A stretch of DNA of 64,000 nucleotides from a virus (Duplodnaviria; Caudoviricetes): IMG/VR virus record IMGVR_UViG_3300027672_001796; one strand, written 5' to 3'. Positions 1 through 12,000 of the stretch are shown one piece after another. How positions within the stretch are numbered: position 1 is the first letter of the stretch; every line of letters begins with the position of its first letter. Both the position numbers and the translations under genes were made by a program. Below the pieces are notes generated by a model. The model did not search any database, had not been told where the DNA came from, and saw only the letters and a list, made by a program, of their open reading frames with translations.

Positions 1-2
1 GG

Positions 3-3000
3 TACGCCAGCGTCTAAGTCACTTGGGAATATTTTGTATATGCCTCTATCAATAACTTGTATATCTGTTATGCCGCCATAGCCGTCAACGCCTGTAATAA
101 CAAACTTAGCAGGTCTCTCCATAACTGGCCCGGGTTTAAGTCTCGCGGACACTTCCGCATCTCTACCTTGTCCTCTAACAGTAATAGTTGGAGGATTATC
201 TATGCTATAGCCAGAGCCTCCTAGTTTCAAGCCTACTGAAACTATTCCGCCATTTGAATCGTAAGTGATTGCGTCATAGTCTACTAATGCTCCGCCACCT
301 GGTTCGCCACGTTGTCCAATCTTAAACGTTATAGGTGTAGCCATTCCATTTGTAAGGTAGCCACTGCCTGGGTTATTAACTGTGAATTCCTCAATTGGAC
401 TAACGCCTTGACTTACTACAGGTGTACCACCCATAAGTCTCATTATGGCTCCGACTTCGTAACCTGTACCTGCTGTAATACAAATACTGCTTTTAACAAG
501 AGCTTGTCTGTTTTGTTCTGCTGTTACAGTATTAGTAGTATATGATGTAACATGTGTAGCAACATCCAACGTACTTGACGTGCCGCTGACAGTATGTCTA
601 GTTGCGCCTGCGCCAGTTGTAGTTGGTGTTACTGTTGTTTCTTTATTAAAGCATACTTGATTATCTTGCTTAATAGAATAGTCTAACACTTCTTTATATA
701 TTCCGCCTGCACAACCATTTCTAATTATCATTGGATCTGATAACTTGTTTCTGATCATTAAGCACTTTTCTTTAGTTGCTGAATCTACAGTAATAAGAAC
801 GTTAACTGATGTTGTTTGACTTAGTATCTCTTTCTTAATTGCTGTTAATTTAGTTGAGCCACTTAGCAATATGCTATCACCGTTAATAAAGAACGAGTCA
901 CCGGCGCCAACCATTTTAGTTTGTCCACATATTTTAACTCTAGCTTTAGGCTTACAAATTGGTACATTAACTGTTCCACTTACTGGAGCAACTGTGCCTG
1001 ATGTTGAATTCTTCTGTAAAGCTGTTAATGAAAGATAGCTAGTACTTGCTGTATTGTTCTGTTTCTGATTAAGACCTACACCAGATACTAAACCAGTTCC
1101 GCCAAATATTGCTCCGCTGGTCATATTGCCGTTAACACCGAACTGAGGAACTCCTGATGGTGCTTGGTTAATAGGGTATGTTTTGTATATTGGGAGATTA
1201 ATAGATCCCATTCCACCATAGCCGCCTGAGCCTCCTAGGTGTACCATGTTCTGTCCTACGTTTAATCTGCTATTAGAATAGCCACCTATAAAGTTATGCG
1301 CCATGCCTGCTATGGGTGGGTATAAAGGAAAGCCGTGTATCTGTGTTTGGTTTGCCAATGTTACCAAATTAGTATTCTGATTTCCGTTTGGAGGAGGATT
1401 ACCAACTCCAACTGATCCCTTACTTGGGTAGCCGGCTCCGTTAACATCGTCTGCTGGATGTTCCATGTAATATTTAAATGCTGTACTTGTCTTCGAATCT
1501 TTGTCTAGAGTAATAGTAATATATCTGCCTTTACTAGCATCATATGTAAATGATATTTTGCCATTTTCTTTAACAAAGCCGTTACCATGTTCTGAATAAC
1601 CTTGATTTAATAACTGACCAGGGCCAACATTATTTTGTTGCCACGGTGTCATTCCAGCTGATATTTGCCATTTAACACCTGACCATGCATGTATATCTAC
1701 TTTGTCTATAGGACTTAATGTACTTGCAACGCCTGTGCCTGCAATCTTAGATCCAGTCGATCCTGCATGAGTACTTTGGTAAACTGTTAGTCTATCTTTA
1801 GCACTATACATATCAAACAATATTCTAACTGGATATGTTTGAGAAGTGTCTTCCGCAAACTTGTACTTAAATGTTTCTGTTTGTCCTCTGCCCTGCGTGT
1901 TCATCTCATTTACAAATACAGATGTAACTGGTGGTACCGGAGGTTTCGGTGGTACCGGAGGAGGTGGAGGACACGGATCATCGTGCTGTGTAAGAGATAT
2001 TAACGGTGTCCAGTCAACTACAGTTGTGCCTGTAGTTGCCACACTTGCACCTGGGCCTGTCTGTCCCTTGCTAATTGTTGATGGTGGAACAATTGTTTGA
2101 ATCGGTTGTGGCGGTAGTGGGTTGCCAGCTGGATCAGTAAAAGGCCACCCTTTGTTTGGTGGTGGTGTCGGTATCGGATTCGCTATCACCGGAATACTAA
2201 CGCCTGGAGCAGGTGGATTCGATGGCATCTGAGGATAACCAAGTCCTGTATGTACAAGCTGTTGCTGTAAAGTATTATATGCTACACCTCTGCCTACTGC
2301 AGAAGGTATAGGATTTTGTGTTGTTATGTTAGGAATAATATTATTTACTAGAGGTGTTCCACTCACAAATGGAAGCACTGGTAAAGAATGACCTATACTT
2401 GAATTTGGTTTACCGGCACCGCCCATGCCTGCGCCGCCTTGTTGGAAATACGGTGTGCCGCCCTTCGACGCTGAACCGCCCCTCATCAGTTTATTTACTT
2501 GGTTCATTATTCCAGTAATTCCTGTTAAGGACATATACATGGAATCACATTGTACTAATGCTCCCGACTTAATAGCCATCTGTCTATTAATCTCATCTGC
2601 ATATTCTTGTGAAGTATGCATTGGGAACGCTGTTGCAACTTTGGCTCCATTAACCATAATATCGCCATCATGTTTTGATATTAAGTATGCTTCTGAATCT
2701 GCGCCACCTGTTGTTGGCAATGTATCTGTGCCGTGTACTTTATATTCTTTTTCTGAAACATATCTAATTCCGCCTGTTGCGTACGGATGGTCAAACCCAA
2801 ATCCTTCTAAACGTATAACAGTAGAGCTAGGTACAGATTCAACTTTCCATGCCCAGTTATAATAGTTCGGTTCCATGTCAACAATGTTTATAACTTTGTT
2901 TACAATTGTGTCTGTTCCATCTGTGTCTAAAGTATGTGCTTCTTCTAAAGTAACTTCTACCTGGTCTGTCATCATAGTTGCATTGCCAAATGCATTATCC

Positions 3001-6000
3001 TGGAATGTAAGACTTGCTGTGCCTGTCGCTGTTGCATTTTGAGATAGTACCACTCCTGTTACTGTAACTTCTGCAACTGTTGTGCCTCCAGTAATGCCTG
3101 CGCCACTTACTAGCATACCGGATGTTACTACTGCATTCGGTGAAGCGATAGTTGCCGTTGTACTGCCACTAGTTGTACCTACTGAAACTACAACACTTGT
3201 AGGCTCTACAAAATCTCCGTACACACTAATTGTAGTTGCTGATTTCCCAACAACTCTGTATACACCTGAATAGTAACCTGCGTTGTTAATTTTAACAACT
3301 CCTAAGTTTGCAACTGTTGAAGTGTTCATGTCTGTTGTAAATACTAAACCGTTATTAACTGCTAAACTTAATGCACTTGAACTAACATTTGAACTAAAAG
3401 TACTTTCAGTAACTGTGAATGTTGTTATAATAGAATTTGCTGTACTGTAATTATTTGTTCTCTTAGAGAACTGTATAGTCGCACCGTTTGACATTGTAAC
3501 TGCTGTGTCTACTACCATTGTAACTGCATCAGTTATAGCAGTAACTTTAGTGTTAGCTGGTATCCCAGAGCCACTTACAACATGTCCAACTTGAATAGTG
3601 TTATCGCCTGCTGTAATGATTATAGTAGTTGCACTAGATAATGCACCATTAATTGTTGTGGAATAAATTCCTGTATCAGTTGTATCAACTAATGTTGTTG
3701 CCATTGTAGACGGACTTACTGTAACATTACTTGCTTTATAAGTATTACCGTTTAAGGCACCTGTACTTGAATCTGTGAACGTTATATACGAGCCTTCTTC
3801 AAAGTCGTTCATTGAAGTAGTGCCTGTATAAGTTAAGTTAACTGTGTTGCTAGTACCAACGTTGGCATCTAGAGCAAACGTTTCTGAAGTATTAATATAA
3901 TAGTTTACTGCTGAAACATTACCACTTACTGTTGGCTCAATTTTTTCTATTAACAATCTTAACGGCTCTTTATATCCAATGCCTGAAATTGTTACAGAAT
4001 TTTTAACAACTTGATCTTCATTTAAGAAGTATCCAACCGGAGTATTAACTTCCATAATAGTGTTATCAAACATCTTGTCACCATCAGCAAGTTCGATATT
4101 TGCATAATAACTATCTAGTGCAATGCCTTCACGTTTTAATGCTATAACATTATCGTAATAGTTTGTAATGTTTGCTTCGTCTGTTAAGTAGTTTGAGTTA
4201 GCATAAGCATCTAAACTTATGTCAGTGTACAACATTGTTGTACCTAAATTATCGTTGAATTTAATATAAGCAACATTACTAGTAGCATCAAATCCTGTGG
4301 GTTGAACTAACTTGTATGCATTAAAGTCTGAATGCTCACTAACAGCAAAATGTACTACATCATTTTCTTGAGGTATCTTATTAGCTGGACGAGAATCAAT
4401 ATCAAATAATCCTGTAAAATCATTTAAGTTCATTGCTTGGTATGCCACGTTGTACGAGGATATGTAACCTGCGTTTGGTAGTGGAGTATACTTGCTGTCA
4501 GTAATACCTGTGAAGTCAACATTTTTAGTAGTGGGCCACAAGTCTTTAGTTTTCATATCTGTTGGTCTATGAATAAATCTTGTGCTATCATCTACGTCAA
4601 TTAATATAGTCGAATCCGATAAGTCGTCTGGTGTTATTTCTAATGTTCGTTGTTGTTTTAGTCTTGCCGCTAATGCATCCTCGGCTTTAACTTTAATATT
4701 TAATGTGCTACCAGGTAAGTCACCTTGATATGCTTCTGCAAAATCTACTGTTGCTCTTTCAATAATTGTGATAGGAGTATTTTCGTTTAACTCTCCACCC
4801 GGTAGTTTAGTTACATCATAAAATGTAATAGTAGAATTATGAGTACCAGCATTATTATCTATTGCAAAACCGTTTGTTCCGTCTGTCTCTAAAGCATCAC
4901 TTATTAGTGTGCCGTTAATAAGCACTTCTATATGCGGATAGTTACCGTTTATAATTTGTAAGTTGTCTATTGCAATGTTACCTGCTTCCGGAGTTGCTTG
5001 ACTAGTTACGTTGCCTGACTCAGGAGCAAAAGTAAATGCTAATGATCCAGATGTTGTTCTTTCAGTAGGAACAATAGTTGATCTGCTACCAGAATCGAAT
5101 TCCCAATTAACAGTATTGTCTTCTTCTACGGCTACTACTGTTGTGCCATTGATATTAACAATAACGTTAGTGTTCGTTGTGGCGTTTGCAGTTTCAAAAC
5201 TGTATCGCTGTCTAGGTTGGAAACGCTTAGAGCCAGTATTAAGAATAATATCTGCTGAGTTATCTAATTTTAATTTGTTTACAAGGTCATCTTTTTGTGC
5301 ATCGTTGGCACTACTTACAGTAAAGTCGTTACCTGAAAGTTGTAACTTGTAGTTAGTGGACGCCGCTGTGCCCAGTGTAAGTACTGATGCTGTAACGTTA
5401 GCGTTGGTATTAGCGTTGGTGTTAATTGCTTCTGCAACAAGTGTAACATTACTAGACGAACTGAGGTCAATGAACGATGCCGCATTTGCGGAGAAGTTAT
5501 CTGTTATGCTTATACCAGTTAACACATTAGCACTAAAGGATCCTGAGCTATCTAAGAATGCATTACTAACAGCATACGGCTTACTGAAGTAAGTTGTAAT
5601 ATTTGCAGTAAGTAACTGTGCCGCTACAACTGTTACACTAGGATTAATAGTATAACCATATCCTGGTTCAGTAACTGTAACATCTTTAATAGTACCGTCT
5701 GTGTTCAAGTTAACAGTTGCTTCAGCAGTTGTTCCACCTGCGTACATAAATGATCCTGGGATCTCTGCTGGTGGTCCTTCAATTTCTAAAACAGGTACAC
5801 TATAGAATTTAGTAGTTGCACCTAGTAGTTCCACTTCACTAATTACACTAACAATATCTTCCGGATAAACAATTTGTATTAATTGATTTTCGCTTGTAAT
5901 TTCTGAATCTTGTATTTTAATATCTAGTCTCTGGTTGTTTTGAACGTCACCAAAATCTCCAGACTTAAGAGCCCACTCGTCGTATACTGCTATACTACCA

Positions 6001-9000
6001 GGAACTAATACTTTATCACTGTTAAGTAATTTTTCAATACTTGCCTTAGTACCCTTGTCTCTAATCATACCATTGTAGAAATCGAATTGGTTATCGTCTA
6101 CAAGTTCAAACTCTCTTAGATATTTTCTTTCGGTGTAACCATACTGTCGTCTACTTGCTTCGTATACTTGTCTTTCAACTGGTACATGACCGATCTCATT
6201 GTATCTACCCATGTCTTGTGCAAGTGTATCGTAGTTTGGCTTTAAGCCATCTTCAGTAATTAAGAAACCTTCACTCATTAACGAGCCTGTCCAGTTTGCT
6301 GTTCTCTTACCTTTAACTTTTAATCTTTTTTGTCTATGCCCAAACACTGTGTCGTAAATTGTATCTCCAAACACAGTCTTATTATTAATAAGCATAGCAT
6401 GTTCTATACTATTTGTATGGATAATAATTCCAAAAATCTGCGAGTTAGTTGGTGGAGTAACTTCAATAGTACTTCCTTCTCTAACAATTAAACAGTCTGT
6501 TGGTAAAATCTTTTTACCAGTTTCGTCTAATATACTAAACTGTCCTTTAAATGATTCTGCAATCTCGCTTATTCTACCTTCAATGGAAGTGAACTTAATT
6601 TTTCTTGCCATTGGACTTAGGCTTAATGTATTACCAGTTGCCCACTTACCTAAACTCCAGAATAAAAATTGCTTGCCTGAATATACCCAGTCACTAACAT
6701 CATTTATTTCGTTGTTGAAGTCGTTAAAGTCGTAGCCTTGTGTTTTCTGCTTTCTTCCTAACTCAGTTAAGAACTCAAATACTTCGCCTATAGTTTTATA
6801 AACTGTGCCGTATTCTACACGTTCTGTTACGCCAGTTCCTTCTAAGTAGTAAGTTGCTTCAGCGGCATTAACCATTGGCAATGAGCTGAGCCTTTGATAA
6901 AATTCTGTATTAGTTACTGCTGTTGCTTTTGCAACTGCACTTTTTGCCTGGTAGTAGTTGTATCCAGACTTAACAATATCGCCTGCGTTGTATGAGAGTG
7001 TAGCCCCGTAATTTGAAAAGTCTGCTGGTTCGCCTCCAACACTTACTTCTGTACGTTGCCCTTCTTTATTAGAAGGCTCAACTTCAAAGAATCTCTTAGT
7101 ACTGCTGTATCCTGAAAGTTTGTAATACCCGTCTGCTGTAAGCTCAACTATTACACCAGTGTATTGGTTTGTAGTTGTGTAAGGTCCAACGTGAACACTT
7201 ACTTGAATATCTTCGTGTGGAAGAATTAAACTTGAACTATTACCTGTTATGCTGTAGCTATCGCTGAATACTGTCATAGTATCTTTGTCAACAAAGCCAG
7301 CAAACTTATGTCCTAGTTTACCGTTAACTGATTTAAACGGAGTAGCAAATTCTGTTTTGGTGTTTATACCATGGAATCGTAAGTACGAATCAATAAATTG
7401 TGTATACCCTGTGTTAGTAAGTAATGTTTTATTGTCAGCGGCAGTATTACCGTGTACAATTGCATCTTTAACTTGGTAACGTTTAAATGTTGTTTTGTCA
7501 AGTAGTTGTAAAGGGTTTGCTGAACTTCTAATAATTTTTTCTGGCTCTGCAAACACACTAGCAAACTTACCTGGCTTTGTGAGGAATAATGCTTCTGCTA
7601 TTGCAAAAGGATATTGCTCTGACATCTTCCAAGCATTCTCTACTGGAGCTCCATCGCCAAATTTCCATTCATTAGCAACCTTTGTAACGTCACTAGTGTA
7701 TGTAGTTGTCTGTGTATTAACTAATGAGTAATTCTCTGTGCCTGCTGTAGCAAATGTGCCTGCACCTAATATGTTGTTTGCAAGGTCAGTTGTAGTAAAT
7801 CTAAACTTAGGACCTACGGTGTACGGATATGCTGGAGCGCCAGCAGTATCTATTGTGGCAACATACGCCCATACGCCACTTGGAAACTCTGGAGTTACCA
7901 TAAAGCGTCCATTAAATTCGTCTAAGTCACCTGTTGCAGTATCGAACACATAGTCCTCTATGAACTCGCCTGTAGGTATTCCGCCTACTCCTAGTGCATA
8001 AGTATCTCTTGCGTTTGTTTTTAAACTATAACTAGATACTAAACGTTTAATATCACTAGTATCGTTTAATCTGTCTGTATATCCATATGGCCCGTAAATT
8101 GGCAAACCATCAAATGCCCAACCAATTATTGGACTATGCGTTGATGTACTCCATGCACTAAGCCCAACTGTTTTTGGACTAGGCTGTACATAACCATAGC
8201 GGTTATTTGCATCTGGGTTTCCACCTGCTGTATCTCTGCCTACTTCGTTTCTGTACATAGCATTGTAATGCCAATTGCTAGTAGTATCAATAGTAACACC
8301 TGTGTTGCCGTTAAATACTAAACCTCCGTTAACTGCAATACCTGTATGCGTTTTAGCAGTAGTTGTGGCTGTAACAAATTGTGCCGCTGTAGATGTACTT
8401 GCATCTGAGTAATGATTGGCGTCGGTAGCATCTGCTATAACTTTTATTGTATATTTCGATGTCTTGTCTTCTACAAAAGCAGTACTATTACTAATAGGGA
8501 ATGTTCCAATAACATGATTTAATAAGTTACTTGTTGTTACATTAATGTGCGTAGTGGTGCCGTCTGTTCTTTCGTTTATATGTAAACCGTCTGTAGTTCC
8601 TACAAACGAAGTTGCACTAGCTGTTGCTGTGCCAAGCTCTGCTTGAGTCCATACTGTGGTTCTAGTTGTGGACGCTGTGCTTGAAATATTTGCTGGTGCT
8701 AATAACTTAGCATCTGCGTCTACTGGTAACATACTCTTTAATCCAATACGTCTGTAAGGATTATTAATTTTGTATGCTGAATTATCTACATTCTTTGTGG
8801 TGCCTTGCCTAATGATACCGTTTTCAATATCACTCCACATTGGTTTGTTGCCACTACCATAATTAGTATTTGTTGTTGTAATATATTGAGTGTCCCACCA
8901 GCTTGGCTTTTTAACAAGTCCCAACATTTCCCATGGATGCGTATGTGGTCTAGCAGTATCAAAACTATCTTCAAAAATGCCTCTCCAGTACCCAGCGTTT

Positions 9001-12000
9001 GCTGTGCCTGAGTTATAGTTCCATGTAAACGGTTTATCAACATCGTAATATTCGTTTTCAACAAAGTCCGCTTCGTTTCTTGCAATAAATTTGTTAAAGT
9101 TTTCTCTTAAAATGTTGTAGTATGCAGTTCTAGAAATACCAGTATTTCTAAATGTTCCTGGTCTAATATCGTGTACATTTAAATCTGGATAATTTAGTTT
9201 GTCTCTATAAACTTGTTGTACGCTGTTGTAAACTCTCTTTTCAAATTCTAATAAAATTTCATCTTGCTTATCGTTGTCTGCAACTGTTCTACTGCCGTCA
9301 TGTCCAACTATAACGTTAATTGCTTCTGCAAATGATGTATCAGACATAATTTTTGGTAACTGTACAGGTGTAATACCCATAGCAGATGTAGTTGGAGGAC
9401 ATTGAGCACTTTCTCTATTTTTGTTAAAGAATCTAACTTTAATAGTATTGCCTAATGTTAACGTATATTCTGTTGTAAATGATAGAGTACACACGCCGAG
9501 TTTGCCAGCCATTGTATAATCTTTATCTATTAATAATAATACATCATTGCCTTTAGCATCTTGATCATAAACATGAATAGCATTTTCTATTTTATCTAAA
9601 TTTAAGAAGTTAGATAGTGTGTATTCTTTTTGTACAATATTATTAATAAGAAGTAATTCTTCATCATACCTGTCGCCTAATGCTAACATGTAACTGTAGT
9701 CAAATACTAGTTTACCTGGATTGTATGCTATGACGTTTTGTAGAACGTCTTCCAATATTGCATGGTCTGTCATTACTGTTGTATCGTTAGCATCGATATA
9801 GCGTTTAATTTCTTTCTTTAATCTGTTTTTATATTTTAGATACTCATCGCCGTTAAACTTCATTGCATCTACAATGTTAAATTTATCGTTGCTTACAAGG
9901 AATCCTGCCATCTGCAAATCGTCGTCTGTTTGCACAATTTTGTTTGCAAGAGTTTTATCGTCATCTAGGCTAGCAAAATTGTTATCACCTAAAGCATTAC
10001 CAACTATGTTAGTTTGCTCTTGGATATAGTCCTTAACATGTTCTAAATACTGCGGTTCACTAATAGTTAATACATCAGATTTTTCAGTATTAGCATACCA
10101 GCCTAACGGTAATTCATATCGCCCGGTTCGTTTCTTGTCTTGTATTATTCCAGTAGTTGTTGGAGTAGTAATTCTAATAGTATCATTCTTTACTACATTG
10201 AATGTTGTAAACTCTATTGCTTTTAACGTAGTGTTGTATGTCCAGTCTGCTCTACGAATTCCATTTACTTTTACTCTAATTTTAGTAGCATCAGACGGTA
10301 CAGTAGTAAGGTTCCAGAGTGTGCGTTTATTGTCGATGTCAAGTTGCGATACTTCAAAATCGTCTTCCACTTTCTGTTTAAATGAGTCTTTATGTCCACG
10401 CCATGCTGTGTCGTAAGTAATTACTCCGTCAGTATCTGTCTTCTTATAATAACTATAACCTTTTACAAAGCTAGTAGTTGTGCCGCCGAAAGGTGTGTAA
10501 CTAATTACATCACTAGACATGTTATTATCAAACACAATTTCACTAAAGTTATTAAAGTTTTTATATTCTAATGGGAATCCTAATACACTGTCGTTAGTTG
10601 AACTAGTAAGTGCGTCCTTATAGGAAAATAACTTAGTTCCTTTGAATGATGAACTTGGATACGTTACTTCGTTGCCAACAGATTTTTTACTAGAGTCGTA
10701 TGCCGCAAATAATGGCGCTGAATTAACTTTTGTCTTTCTTTGACCAACAATCCATTTTGTTCCAGACCAGTAGTATTCTTTACCTTGATGTTGCACTCCA
10801 AACAGAACAGCTACAATGTCGCCTGTTACTGGAGTCCACGGAACAAAGTTTGAGTCGCCGTCAACTGCTCCAACTGGATTAGTTGTTGGATGTGGCATCC
10901 TTGTTAATTTTATTCTGTTATTAAAAGTTAATGCTACACCGTCTGCAATAGTTTCTGCTTGACTTAATGTAATAGTAAGTGTGCTAGTATTAATTGTTTT
11001 TACTGTTGTATCGACACCACTAATGCCTGTGCCTTTAACTAAAGCACCAACGTAAACATCTGCCATACTATCTAGTACAACAGTAGTGGAACTAGAAACA
11101 GCACCGTTAACAGTTTGTGTTTGCGTATCCTCTACAACATAAATGTATTTTGATATGGTTGCATCTTCGTCTGGTAATAGCAGTTTGTTAGCAAGTTTTA
11201 ATCCTTGATTATCTAGTAAAGCACTAACGGCTCTGCCTTGCACTTCATTTTTAGTATAGCCTGTGCCACTTAAATCAGCACTGAATGTTGTTCCTTTACT
11301 TCCAAAGTTATATAATTCTAAATTTCTATCAAATTCTAGGATCGGTCTTTTTGCTCTGTAAGCCTTATCAGGCAATGCAGTAGCCGATTCTGTAAATCTG
11401 TCCTTGTGATGCCAAAAGTTAATCCTACTCCAAGTATTGTTATCTTCAGCGGCCCTTTGCATAATCAAGTAGTCGGGTACTATCTGGGTGTTGCCGCCAT
11501 CCCATGGATCAGCATCAAAGCCTGCAGTACCTGTGTTCATGTATGAAAGAAACTTGCCAGTGCCTGTAACATATCCTTTCCAGTAAGTTTCACCAGTTAA
11601 TGTTATATCATCTAATCCAATAAAGAATTCGTTGTCAATTTTCTTTCCTAGTGCGTCATAGTATTGTCTAGCAGTGCCGTTGTCTTCTAATAATAATGCG
11701 GCGGCTGTAATTGCACCTGATGGTATGTTAGATGCTATAAGCGTTGATTCCGCCGTTATAACTTCATCGTCCCACGGCGTAAATGCTGGTGTTGAAAATA
11801 TAGCACTAAAGTTTTGATCCTTAGCATATAACACTATGCTATCGCCTACACCTTCTACGATGTATCTGATTCCTAAGTACGTTGCTGGAATAACATGTGT
11901 GCCTGCAAATTCTATAACAGCGCCGTTTTTAAGTTCTATGCCATTAGGTGAAGTATAAAACTTCTTGCCTATTATATCTTTTAAAACATTAATAGTTGTT